In this document: piece by piece, positions 17,915 through 27,781 of the stretch
How positions within the stretch are numbered: the stretch's first letter is position 1
Layout: every line of letters starts with the position of its first letter
The notes under the pieces: model-generated
Seen by the model: the letters and a program-made list of their open reading frames with translations, nothing else
Told to the model about the DNA's origin: nothing
The model's database searches: none
Assembly: GCA_046497275.1 (NCBI GenBank)
Contig: JAWOFX010000019.1
Location: 1-32,000 of the forward strand
Direction of reading: 5' to 3'
DNA: 32,000 nt
From: Promethearchaeia archaeon
GTDB taxonomy: Archaea > Asgardarchaeota > Lokiarchaeia > Sigyniarchaeales > SOKP01
Position numbers and translations under genes: made by a program

Positions 17915-18766
17915 ATGTCTCTTATTAAATTTCATAATTTCTATTTTAGATATAAGGAAAATAAGATCTATGCCTTAAATAATATAAATTTAGAGATTGA
18001 AGATAGTAAATTTATTTTACTTGCCGGTGAGACAGGATCCGGAAAAACAAGTTTGATTAGATGTATGAATGGGTTAATACCCCAATTTTATTCTGGTTAT
18101 TATAAAGGATGGGTTGAAGTTAATGGTTTTGATACAACTAAAATTGCTATTTCGGATCTCAGCACTTTTGTGGGTATAGTATTTCAGAATCCTGAAAACC
18201 AACTCGTTTCTATGAACGTTGAACATGAAATTGCTTTTGGTTTAGAAAATTTAGGTCTCCCAGAAAATCAAATAAAACAGAGAATTGATGATGTAGTTAA
18301 ACTAACTGGTATTGAAAGTATCTTAGATAAAGCTCCTTTTGAAATTAGCGGGGGAGAACAACAAAGAGTAGCAATAGCTTCCATATTAGCTCTAAATCCA
18401 GATATATTGATACTGGATGAACCAACATCAAATTTAGATCCTTTTTTTGCAAAAAAAATTTTAGATCTTCTCCACGAAATCCATAAAAAACAAAAACTCA
18501 CTATCATAATAGCTGAGCACCGAATGGATCTCCTTTTACCTCTAGTTGATGAGATAATTTTAATGAAAGATGGAAAAATTATAGAACATGATAAAAAGAA
18601 AAAGGTGGTGAATAATACCAATTTCAAGCAAATGGATATTAATAGACCTTTTATTTACTCTGTTTTTAATCAATTAAAATCTAAAAATCTCTTTAAAGAG
18701 GATATTCCTGTTAGTTTAGATGAGGCCCTTAATTTAATGAAAAAAATTAATTATAATGGAAAATGA
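17915..18766 (+). CDS. ecfA1: ECF transporter ATPase A1
   Basis: GETGSGKTS, VFQNPENQ, ISGGEQQR and LDEPT. Confidence 0.92.
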   Translation: MSLIKFHNFYFRYKENKIYALNNINLEIEDSKFILLAGETGSGKTSLIRCMNGLIPQFYSGYYKGWVEVNGFDTTKIAISDLSTFVGIVFQNPENQLVSMNVEHEIAFGLENLGLPENQIKQRIDDVVKLTGIESILDKAPFEISGGEQQRVAIASILALNPDILILDEPTSNLDPFFAKKILDLLHEIHKKQKLTIIIAEHRMDLLLPLVDEIILMKDGKIIEHDKKKKVVNNTNFKQMDINRPFIYSVFNQLKSKNLFKEDIPVSLDEALNLMKKINYNGK

Positions 18767-19629
18767 CTAAAAAAAACATACCAATTATCATAATAAGTAA
18801 TATTGATTATACTTACTCCACTGGTACACATGCGTTAAAAGATATAAGTTTAAATATCTCTAAAGGGGAATTAATTGGAATTATGGGTAAGAATGGGGCA
18901 GGAAAAACAACCTTAATTCGAACTCTAAATGGGTTAATTCGTCCTAAGCGGGGATCAATTTATATTAATCAAGAAAATATTAAGAATAAAACCATTGCTC
19001 AATTATCCCAACAAACGGGAATTATTTTTCAAAATCCTGACCATCAATTATTTTCAAACACTGTAGAGGAAGAAATTAAATTTTCTCTAAAAAATATTTA
19101 TTCTGATAAGAAAGAGCTTCAAGAAAAAACTAATGAAATTCTAAATATTTTTGATTATGAACGGTATAAATCCCGTTCTCCTTTGAATTTATCAGGGGGA
19201 GAGAAGAAAAAGCTTGCATTAGCATCCGTGGTTTGTCGTAATCCTGAAATTCTTATTTTTGATGAACCCACATTGGGTCAGGATAAAAAGGAAATTGAAT
19301 TCTTCATTGACTTTATACAGAGACAAAGAGATCAAGGAAAAACCATAATTATTGTTACTCATAATATCGAATTTGCATATGATTTCATTCCAAGAATATT
19401 ATTAATGTCGGAAGGACGCATAATCGCAGATGGACCAACTCAAGAACTATTAACAAATAAAAAATTAATTAGAGAAGCATCTTTGATTTTACCGCAAATC
19501 ATTCAATTTAAAAATTCTTTAGAAAAAATTGGATTGACTATTCCCGAAAATATTAAAACTGAGCAAAATTTGGTGGAATATCTGTCAATGTACTTCAAGA
19601 ATAAAAAATCAAAATCGAGGGTGAACTAA
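18763..19629 (+). CDS. ecfA2: ECF transporter ATPase A2
   Basis: GKNGAGKTT, FQNPDHQ, LSGGEKK and FDEPTLGQD. Confidence 0.92.
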   Translation: MTKKNIPIIIISNIDYTYSTGTHALKDISLNISKGELIGIMGKNGAGKTTLIRTLNGLIRPKRGSIYINQENIKNKTIAQLSQQTGIIFQNPDHQLFSNTVEEEIKFSLKNIYSDKKELQEKTNEILNIFDYERYKSRSPLNLSGGEKKKLALASVVCRNPEILIFDEPTLGQDKKEIEFFIDFIQRQRDQGKTIIIVTHNIEFAYDFIPRILLMSEGRIIADGPTQELLTNKKLIREASLILPQIIQFKNSLEKIGLTIPENIKTEQNLVEYLSMYFKNKKSKSRVN

Positions 19630-19631
19630 TA

Positions 19632-20399
19632 ATGTCTTTTGAATTTTTAAATGCATTTAAATTCTTTAAAAAGGAGACATTTCTTCATAATCTTGATCCA
19701 AGATCAAAACTATTATTAGCATTAGTTTATACCGTTAATTCCCTCTTATTTTTTAATATAATCCCTCTTCTTATATTATTATTAAGCTTAATTCCTATTA
19801 TATTATCTGGAAAAATCCTTTATCAATGGCTCAGAAGCATACGGGGATTATCATTTCTCTTTATTTTAATTATTATATTAAATACTTTGTTTATAGATTT
19901 AACATATGCAATCGCTATGATTTTAAGAATCATAACCATGATTTCTGCTTTTTCTATTTTCTTTTTAACCGTTGATCCTAATGAATTAACACTATCGTTA
20001 ATCTCAATGAAAGTTCCCTATGAATTTGCATTCAGTTTTTCCCTTGCTTTCAGATTCGTGCCAACAATTTCCATTGAAGCACAAAACATAATTGATGCTC
20101 AACAGAGTAGAGGTTATGAAATGCAAAAAAAAGGTTTATTAACTCAAATTAAAAACTTATTTCCGTTATTAATTCCCTTAATTATATGTTCAATTAGAAG
20201 AGCTTTTAATGTTGCTGAAGCGTTAGAATCCAGAGGATTTGGTAGTAAAAAGGAAAGAACGTATTATTATAAAATAAAATTCTCTTATAAAGATTGGATT
20301 TTGACAGGTTATTTGTTAGCACTTTTAATTTTTTGTATTTTAATTCAAATAAATTTCAATTTATTACCAAATTGGGTCAGTTGGAGTTTACCTGTATGA
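19632..20399 (+). CDS. ecfT: ECF transporter T component
   Basis: LDPRSK, RFVPT..DAQQSRG and AEALESRGF. Confidence 0.92.
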   Translation: MSFEFLNAFKFFKKETFLHNLDPRSKLLLALVYTVNSLLFFNIIPLLILLLSLIPIILSGKILYQWLRSIRGLSFLFILIIILNTLFIDLTYAIAMILRIITMISAFSIFFLTVDPNELTLSLISMKVPYEFAFSFSLAFRFVPTISIEAQNIIDAQQSRGYEMQKKGLLTQIKNLFPLLIPLIICSIRRAFNVAEALESRGFGSKKERTYYYKIKFSYKDWILTGYLLALLIFCILIQINFNLLPNWVSWSLPV

Positions 20400-21049
20400 T
20401 TAATGAAGATTTTTCTTTAGAAGAGCCTGGTTTGAATTATTCTATAATCATAAGTACTTTAGAATTGAAAAAAAATATTTATTCCTTAGATGAGTTATTT
20501 AGAATAATTAATGAGATACAAGATAAATTTGAGGATTCTATTATCCAATTTTTTAATGATGAGTATGTGTTGAATAATAAACATATTTTTTATGCAATAT
20601 ATTTTTCCGAAAAAGCATTCAAACAAAAAATTAATATTTCAAATAAAAAAAGCATCGAATTTTTGTTATATTTATCTGCTAATCGTCAAATAAAGATTGC
20701 TATCCAATCCTTTGGAATTAAAATTCAAAATCTAAAAAGAGGAATTTTAAATCTTTGTATTGCATCTCAAAAGGATCAAGTTAGGGAAATATATAGAGAA
20801 TTAATAGATTTAATTAATGTCAAAGAACTAAAAACAAATTTCAACGTAATTTCAAGAGAAAAAATTAACAAAATAAGAAAATTCTTCGAAATTTCTGATA
20901 ACCAAATATTTTCAATTCTGAAAACATCAAATTTAGACAAAATAACTAATATCCATGAAGTTGATCCTTCGAGTATAAATGATGCAATATTGGATCTTAT
21001 CTGTGAAAAAATGGCATTATTGAGTTTGGAAGGAGTTTCTTTTGATTAA
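20396..21049 (+). CDS. cgi121: KEOPS subunit Cgi121-like protein
   Basis: HIFYAIY...NISNKKSIEFLLYLSANRQIKIAIQSFGIK. The ATG at 20396 overlaps the ecfT stop. Confidence 0.8.
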   Translation: MINEDFSLEEPGLNYSIIISTLELKKNIYSLDELFRIINEIQDKFEDSIIQFFNDEYVLNNKHIFYAIYFSEKAFKQKINISNKKSIEFLLYLSANRQIKIAIQSFGIKIQNLKRGILNLCIASQKDQVREIYRELIDLINVKELKTNFNVISREKINKIRKFFEISDNQIFSILKTSNLDKITNIHEVDPSSINDAILDLICEKMALLSLEGVSFD

Positions 21050-21576
21050 GACTCCAAAAATTTATTTTTAGGACTAATGATATCTCCTGGTTTTAAAAAG
21101 GAAATGCCACAGAGGTTTTTTAACAATTCAATTCTTACTATCTTTTCCGGATTTTCCAAATCTACAGGATTATCTATATATTTGGCAACAGATTCTATGA
21201 GTGTTTTTCTTTTTATTAATTTATTCTTCCTTCTTCTTAATTTTATCCGAAATTTTTCTCCCTCAGAAATAAATTTAGAATAGTTTTCTTCTATAATTTT
21301 TTCAATTTGTTTTAAATCAATTTCACATACAAACTGAATTGGGATTATTTTTAAAACGTAATTAAAAAAATATGGTTGCTCTACAAGAATTTGTTGTATT
21401 TTTTCTATTATTTCAAACTCATTTTTACTTGTTAAAGCCGTAATTAAGCCTTGAAACTCTAAATCTGAGATGATAGGATATGGATCATCACAAATTAGCA
21501 TTGTAAACCATAATTCTGCTTTCGCATTTGTTTCATTATATCTTGGTGACGAGACTAGTAAATTAAAATTTTTCAT
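21046..21576 (-). CDS. Stand-alone THUMP-domain protein (RNA-binding)
   Basis: KFRIKLRRRK and VDLENPEKIVRIEL. Confidence 0.85.
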   Translation of the reverse strand: MKNFNLLVSSPRYNETNAKAELWFTMLICDDPYPIISDLEFQGLITALTSKNEFEIIEKIQQILVEQPYFFNYVLKIIPIQFVCEIDLKQIEKIIEENYSKFISEGEKFRIKLRRRKNKLIKRKTLIESVAKYIDNPVDLENPEKIVRIELLKNLCGISFLKPGDIISPKNKFLES

Positions 21577-21595
21577 ATATCTGCCTTCAATTTTT

Positions 21596-22255
21596 TCATA
21601 TTGAAATGACTTTATTAATTTGTTCTTTATTAATCATTCCTTCACGTAAAATTTTTATCTTATTGCCTGTGCAATCTACAATTGTGGTTGGAATTTTTGA
21701 TTTAGATTCTCCCGCATCAATTATGATATCAATTGGACCCAAAAATGTATTAGATACTTCTTGACCGCTTGTTGCAGGTTCTTCGCCTGAATAATTTGCG
21801 GAAGTACCAACCAACCCTCCAAATAATCCTTTACTCTTCAAACTCCTTAAAATTTCAAGAATTATTTTATTTTCTGGAACTCTTAATCCAATTGTGTCTT
21901 CATTCGCAGTAACTTCATATGGGATTATATTTGGTTTTTTTTTATTCAGTATCAATGTCAACTGCCCAGGCCAAAAATGAGAGGCTAGTTTTAACCCAGC
22001 TTCGTTAAAATCTGCAACCCTTTTAGCTTCTTCAAAATCAGAAACTAATAGAAGAAATCCTTTTGATGGATCTCTGAACTTTAATCTGTATAATCTTTCA
22101 ACAGCATCTAAATTAGTTGGATCGCATCCTAAACCATATACAGAATTCGTAGGAAATCCGATTACATTTCCTTTAATAAGGTGATCTATTGTGATATCTA
22201 AAAATACTTTAATTTCCTCAATAGATTTGTTTTTTATTTTGATTAAAAATCCCAT
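21596..22255 (-). CDS. Threonylcarbamoyl-AMP synthase (YrdC/TsaC domain only)
   Basis: GFPTNSVYGLGCD, KFR, FWPGQLTL, GLRVP and GTSANYSG. Confidence 0.92.
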   Translation of the reverse strand: MGFLIKIKNKSIEEIKVFLDITIDHLIKGNVIGFPTNSVYGLGCDPTNLDAVERLYRLKFRDPSKGFLLLVSDFEEAKRVADFNEAGLKLASHFWPGQLTLILNKKKPNIIPYEVTANEDTIGLRVPENKIILEILRSLKSKGLFGGLVGTSANYSGEEPATSGQEVSNTFLGPIDIIIDAGESKSKIPTTIVDCTGNKIKILREGMINKEQINKVISI

Positions 22256-22322
22256 ATTCTCAGAAAATCTAAAAAATTAATTCGTTAAAATTATAATTAA
22301 GAAAACAATTGAAAATAAAAAT

Positions 22323-23264
22323 CTATAGATCCTCTTGGCATTTCAATTCTGCTGAAAGTTTTTTCCAATTTTTATCGATCTCATCTTGTAGTTCCATCAA
22401 TGTTTTTTCTGAGATTCCCGAAAATCTCTTTTGCTGTGAGATGTATTCAATTAATGGCGTTCGTTTTTCAGGATCTAGTAATCTTTTACTTCGCTTTGAG
22501 AGTGTTTTGACTCCATTTTCTACTTCATAGAGTACCCATAAACCCGTACTTACTGCTAATTTTGCAATTTCGATCGTATTTTCTGCAGAATATCCCCAAC
22601 CGGGGGGGCATGGTGCTAATATATGAATATATCTACATCCCTTGATTTGTTTCGCCTTTTTGAATTTATCATAAAGATCTAAAGGTTCTGAAACGCTGCA
22701 TGTTGCTACATAGGGGATATCATGAGCTTCCATAATTCTTGGAACATCTTTCTTATACTGTTCTTTACCAAATGGTGTTGTGGTTGTTTTCGCTCCATGT
22801 GGAGTGGAACTGCTTCTTTGAATTCCCGTATTCATGTATGCTTCATTATCATAGCAAACATATATCATATCTGTATTTCTTTCAGCAGCACCACTTAATC
22901 CTTGAATTCCTATATCTGTTGTTCCTCCATCTCCCGCAAAGGTGATCGCCGTCATATCCTTCCATGGACCATCTGGAAATCTTTCTGCCTTAGCCTTGAA
23001 TGCCGCATCAAGACCCGTTGCGGCAGCAGCACCCGCTGCAAATGCCATATTCAAAAATGGATAATTTGGGGCAGTTTTTGGCCATAATCCAACTACTACA
23101 TTCAAACATGAAGCAGGTGCAACCATAGCCGTATTTGGACCTAAGGCTTTCATAGCCCAACGAAGTGCTATCTCAAGTCCACAGCCAGCACAGCAAGAAT
23201 TTCCTGGTAGAAAATATTCTTCAGTTGCGTTTTCTAACGCGTCTTTAATAGATGTCATTATCAT
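22323..23264 (-). CDS. porB: 2-oxoacid:ferredoxin oxidoreductase beta subunit (POR/VOR type)
   Basis: PGNSCCAGCG, GDGGTTDIGIQGLSG..DNEAYMNTGIQRS (TPP motif) and PCPPGW. Start placed at the ATGA overlap. Confidence 0.9.
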   Translation of the reverse strand: MIMTSIKDALENATEEYFLPGNSCCAGCGLEIALRWAMKALGPNTAMVAPASCLNVVVGLWPKTAPNYPFLNMAFAAGAAAATGLDAAFKAKAERFPDGPWKDMTAITFAGDGGTTDIGIQGLSGAAERNTDMIYVCYDNEAYMNTGIQRSSSTPHGAKTTTTPFGKEQYKKDVPRIMEAHDIPYVATCSVSEPLDLYDKFKKAKQIKGCRYIHILAPCPPGWGYSAENTIEIAKLAVSTGLWVLYEVENGVKTLSKRSKRLLDPEKRTPLIEYISQQKRFSGISEKTLMELQDEIDKNWKKLSAELKCQEDL

Positions 23265-24520
23265 TTTACCTCCAATTTGCCATGCCAAAGAGTACCATGA
23301 ATTAAATCTTCTGGTAATTCTCCAGTTTCATGCATTTTTACTAATATTTTTAATTGATCCTTTTGTTCTTCTAAACTAACTTCACGCCCACCAAGTCCAG
23401 AAATTATTGGTAATACTTTTGTTGTGATTCCAGTATTATGTAGAGAAGTTTTTACTTCACTGCTTACAGGTCCCCCTGTAGGAGATCCAAATGCAGTTGC
23501 ACGGTCAACTACTCCAAGAAGTTTAACTTTTTTAGCGACCTCTTGAATATCTTCAACCGGAAAGGGTCTGAAATGTCTTAATTTAACCATTCCGACCTTA
23601 TAACCTTTGTCTCTTAGATCATCAACCGCTTGTTCCATTTGTAATGCTAAATCCCCATATATTATCATAGCTACATCCGCATCATCAAGTTGATATTTTT
23701 TTATAAGTCCGTTACCATAATCTCTTCCAAAAGTTTTTTCAAATTCTTTCGCAGCGCTTTTAATTTTCTCTTGTGCTTTTATCATCACATCATGCATCTT
23801 CAGCCTAAATTCACTATAGAATCCAGAGGGCATGATTAGATTTCCATGCATCATAGGTCTTTCAGGATCAATGAATATATGATCCCATCCTTTCTCATCA
23901 GGAAGAGGGGGCAAATACTCATCTACTAAATCCTGATCCTCAATTATAACCGGTTTAGATGTATGTGAAAGAATGAATCCACCATAAGCAACAAACTTAG
24001 GTAACATTACATCTGGATCCTCACATACTTTATAAGACATTAAAATTTCATCGTAAATCTCTTGATGATTAGCGCAAAATGCACTCATCCATCCAGTGTC
24101 TCGAGCTGAAATTACATCTGTGAAGTCTGCCCAAATATTCCAAGGTGGTGCTACACCACGACTTGCAATGGCTGTAACAATTGGTAATCTACTCGAACTA
24201 GCCCAATGAATCATCTCATACATATAGAATAATCCTTGTCCCGCTGTTGCTGTAAATGTTCTTGTTCCAGCTATGCTTGCGCCAACTATCGAGGCCATAA
24301 CTGAATGTTCACTTTCAACTTTAATATATTGGGTTCCAGGCATTAATCCACCATCAACAAATTCACTTAATTTTTCTACTACTGTAGTTTGAGGTGTAAT
24401 AGGATAAGCGCTAATTACTTGAACCCTTGCAGATTTTGCAGCATATGCAGCTGCGATATTTCCTTTAATGATTTTTGTTTCTTTATTTTGAATAAAATCC
24501 TTTTTTTTTGTTTCAGTCAT
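23261..24520 (-). CDS. porA: 2-oxoacid:ferredoxin oxidoreductase alpha subunit
   Basis: AYPITPQT, VESEHS, FTATAGQGL and FRPFP. Confidence 0.92.
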   Translation of the reverse strand: MTETKKKDFIQNKETKIIKGNIAAAYAAKSARVQVISAYPITPQTTVVEKLSEFVDGGLMPGTQYIKVESEHSVMASIVGASIAGTRTFTATAGQGLFYMYEMIHWASSSRLPIVTAIASRGVAPPWNIWADFTDVISARDTGWMSAFCANHQEIYDEILMSYKVCEDPDVMLPKFVAYGGFILSHTSKPVIIEDQDLVDEYLPPLPDEKGWDHIFIDPERPMMHGNLIMPSGFYSEFRLKMHDVMIKAQEKIKSAAKEFEKTFGRDYGNGLIKKYQLDDADVAMIIYGDLALQMEQAVDDLRDKGYKVGMVKLRHFRPFPVEDIQEVAKKVKLLGVVDRATAFGSPTGGPVSSEVKTSLHNTGITTKVLPIISGLGGREVSLEEQKDQLKILVKMHETGELPEDLIHGTLWHGKLEVK

Positions 24521-24867
24521 TCTTCAACCTCACTCTCTCTAACCATTTCTATATTATTAGTGGGACACTCTTTGGCACAAATTCCACAACCTTTACAATA
24601 AGTTAATTCAATTTCAAAAGATCCGTCATCTTTTCTTTTGATCACACCCTCTGGACAATATAACCAACAAATACCACACTTAGTACACCCTTCTTTTATT
24701 TTAGGACGAAAAGTTCTCCAATCACCTGTGATTCCCATACTCGCATTCAGAGGAAAAGAAATTGGTATTGGTGGAAGTTCCTTCCAATTTTTATATTCCT
24801 GAATTTCTGGGCGCTCCTCTACTGATTTACATATAACTTTCCATTCTTTCTCATCTGATTCATTCAA
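24517..24867 (-). CDS. porD: 2-oxoacid:ferredoxin oxidoreductase delta subunit (2x[4Fe-4S])
   Basis: TGDWRTFRP, CTKCGICWLYCP and YCKGCGICAKECP. Confidence 0.93.
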   Translation of the reverse strand: MNESDEKEWKVICKSVEERPEIQEYKNWKELPPIPISFPLNASMGITGDWRTFRPKIKEGCTKCGICWLYCPEGVIKRKDDGSFEIELTYCKGCGICAKECPTNNIEMVRESEVEE

Positions 24868-25443
24868 TTATTTAACCTCCTTTACTGAATTAAAAGCTTC
24901 TTTTGCAACTTTCATATTAGACTCAGAACGTGTTTCTCCAAACTCTTCTTTAATTACTTTTTCCATAGTGTCAAGTCCATAATATCCCGTTATTTTCCCA
25001 AAAGCACTAAGCATTGGGATATTAAGAATAGGGCCACTTGAGAGCATGAAATTATGATCAATGCAAATACCTGTAGCATCGATAATATAAATTTTAATAT
25101 TATCTGGCAAATTGCTCTGATCAAATTGTTTATCACTATTAACAATTAATGTTGTTCCTTCTTTTATGGAATCACGAATTCGTGGGATTTCCAATAAAGT
25201 TGTATCAAAGATTAACATATAATCAGGATCTTTGACACTATCATACGTTTTTATTTGCTGCGATTTTGATATCTTGGTAAAAGCCGATATGGGTGCCCCT
25301 CTTCTTTCAGCACCTATTATTGGAATTGCTATAGTATCTGTAAAACCTGTCTCATAGGCAAACTGAGCAAGAAGCTGACTTGCTGTAATGGCAGTTTGAC
25401 CCCCTCGCGCAGCAAATGAAATCTCTATTATTTCGTTTTCCAT
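24868..25443 (-). CDS. porG: 2-oxoacid:ferredoxin oxidoreductase gamma subunit
   Basis: ARGGQTA, GAERRGAPI and NIPMLSAF. Start placed at MENEII. Confidence 0.9.
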   Translation of the reverse strand: MENEIIEISFAARGGQTAITASQLLAQFAYETGFTDTIAIPIIGAERRGAPISAFTKISKSQQIKTYDSVKDPDYMLIFDTTLLEIPRIRDSIKEGTTLIVNSDKQFDQSNLPDNIKIYIIDATGICIDHNFMLSSGPILNIPMLSAFGKITGYYGLDTMEKVIKEEFGETRSESNMKVAKEAFNSVKEVK

Positions 25444-25883
25444 TTGTTTTCTTCCAACTTTTCTTTTTTGATTTTTAATATCATCAAGAGCAACCAACAA
25501 AAATCCGAAGTCGAAAATTTTTGGTTGCTTTTTATAAAGACAAGATAATTACCACGATTTGTAGTAAACCTATTATTAAACTTAACAATAATATTGAGTC
25601 TAGAACAAAACTTTTTTTTAAATGTAGTGCTAATTCCATATTTTTCAACTTTAATTATTGTTAAGGAGTTTTTTAAAAATATTAATATCCTAAATCAGTT
25701 ATTCTTTTAAAAATTTATTCTTTCATTTGATATGTTAAAGTCTCTTTTAAGGATAAATTGACTAATCTAAGAACTTATTTTATGCAAATCAAACGCGATA
25801 TGATCAATTTGCATATAAAACCTCATTAACTCTTAAATACTAAATTAATAAAGGTTTCTAAATAATTCATCAGAGAGATCAAA

Positions 25884-26453
25884 ATGTCTAAAAAAAATGA
25901 TAAACCAACTGATATTTATGGATTCAAATGCCCCAAATGTACAGATGGAATAATTCGTATTTCCCAGAAGGAGTATGATTTACCAGACGAGGATAAAATG
26001 CTTATTATAAAACTACAATGCGATAAGTGTAATTTCCTTAAAACTGATATCATTCCAATGACTACTCGAACAGATCCTGGATTATCTAAATTAAAGATAA
26101 CCGAAGAATCCGATCTTCAATCTAAAATATACCGCTCTCCTTTAGCTAAAATAGAAATTCCAGAATTAGAATTAAGTGTGGAGCCTGGTCCGAGTGCTGA
26201 ATTTTATTTCACTAATGTTGAAGGAGTTTTACTAAGATTTGAAAAAGCAGTATACACCTATATAAATAGTCTCGAGCAGAATGACCCGGAAAAAAGTGAA
26301 ATTAAATCAATTTTATATGATTTAAAAAAAGCAATTAAAGGAGACTTTCCATTTACTCTAATTATTGAAGATCCTGGCGGAGGGAGCTACATAATCCCTG
26401 TTAATAAAGAAAAATTTTCATTTTCAAAATTAGAAATCTATAATGATGATTAA
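25884..26453 (+). CDS. ZPR1 zinc-finger domain protein
   Basis: CPKC...CDKC, IEIPELELSVEPGP, TNVEGVL and IIEDPGGGSYI. Confidence 0.9.
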   Translation: MSKKNDKPTDIYGFKCPKCTDGIIRISQKEYDLPDEDKMLIIKLQCDKCNFLKTDIIPMTTRTDPGLSKLKITEESDLQSKIYRSPLAKIEIPELELSVEPGPSAEFYFTNVEGVLLRFEKAVYTYINSLEQNDPEKSEIKSILYDLKKAIKGDFPFTLIIEDPGGGSYIIPVNKEKFSFSKLEIYNDD

Positions 26454-26528
26454 TTTCTAAACGAATAAGATTTTTAATATAACTATGCTTAATAAACCAA
26501 AAAAACCAATTTGAAAACGTGAAAGATT

Positions 26529-27710
26529 ATGACAGACAAAAGAAAAATAGGTATATTGACTGGAGGGGGCGATTGTCCTGGCTTGAATAGTGTATTATAC
26601 GGCATTATGCTCAAAGCATTTGATTCTAATGTAGAGTGTATTGGAATACTGAAAGGATGGAAAGGATTTATGAATAATGATACAATTCCTTTAAATATTG
26701 CAGAATATGACGATTTACATACGGTTGGTGGAACATTATTATATACAAGTCGAACTAATCCATTTTCACCAGTTGCAGCCGTCGAAACAGAAGAAGAGAA
26801 AAAGCAACTTGAAGAAAAAATCGCCAAAGAAATGGTGGAACAATTTAACGAATTAGGTATTGATGCTTTAATCGCTATAGGTGGCGATGATACCCTTGGA
26901 GTGGCAGATACAATTTGTAAGTATACAAATGCAAAAATTATTGGCTGTCCTAAAACAATAGATAATGATTTGTTAGGAACTGATTACACATTTGGATTTT
27001 GGAGCGCCGTTCAATTAGCTTCCAATTCAATGGATAATCTTACCACAACAGCTCGATCTCATCAAAGAATATTTGTTGTCGAAGTAATGGGAAGAGATGC
27101 TGGATTTTTAACGATTTATAGCGGTATTTCTAGTGGAGCAGATATAATTCTGATACCAGAAACTCCATTTGATCTTAGAAAGCATGTTATAGAAGTTCTA
27201 AAAAGAAGAGTCAACGCAGGTCATAAATATCATATTATCGCATGCTCGGAAGGAGCTTATCCTTCAGATGAGTCATTAAAAAGAGATTTCCAGACAATTT
27301 CACAACAAACTTTAGATGATTTACCGAAAGATACCTTTGGAAATCCTTTACTGACAAAACTTAATATGTCTAAAATTTTAGTCAGTGAATTACGTTTAAA
27401 TGAGGAATTAAATAAGGAGTTTAAAGAGAATAATACGAATTATGAGTGTCGTAGTGTGGTTCTCGGCCACACAATGCGTGCAGGCACGCCTACTTCGTTC
27501 GATCGTATTCTTGGTCTCAGATTGGGCCTGGCTGCGATGAAGCTTGTTTTAAATAATAATTTTAGAATGATGGTTTCTCTGAAGGGAGATGAAATAAAAA
27601 GCCTCCCGCTTGAAGAAGGAGCTAAAAAGAAATATGTAAGAACAGATAGCGATATAGTTGAATTGCGAAACCTTATGGTGAAAATACGTTATAAATCAAG
27701 AGAAATTTAA
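26529..27710 (+). CDS. pfkA: PfkA-family phosphofructokinase, probably PPi-dependent
   Basis: GGGDCPGLN, GGDDT, PKTIDND, VEVMGR and LGHTMR. Confidence 0.9.
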   Translation: MTDKRKIGILTGGGDCPGLNSVLYGIMLKAFDSNVECIGILKGWKGFMNNDTIPLNIAEYDDLHTVGGTLLYTSRTNPFSPVAAVETEEEKKQLEEKIAKEMVEQFNELGIDALIAIGGDDTLGVADTICKYTNAKIIGCPKTIDNDLLGTDYTFGFWSAVQLASNSMDNLTTTARSHQRIFVVEVMGRDAGFLTIYSGISSGADIILIPETPFDLRKHVIEVLKRRVNAGHKYHIIACSEGAYPSDESLKRDFQTISQQTLDDLPKDTFGNPLLTKLNMSKILVSELRLNEELNKEFKENNTNYECRSVVLGHTMRAGTPTSFDRILGLRLGLAAMKLVLNNNFRMMVSLKGDEIKSLPLEEGAKKKYVRTDSDIVELRNLMVKIRYKSREI

Positions 27711-27781
27711 TAAAGAGCTTATTTATTCTTCATTTTTAAACTCTTTTTGTATTAAAAAATAAAAATAAAAAAAATTTTAGT

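Noticed and set aside
26489-26827. 112-aa minus-strand ORF, and the other short ORFs nested antisense or out of frame in long genes
   Set aside because: They overlap well-supported genes and carry no motifs.
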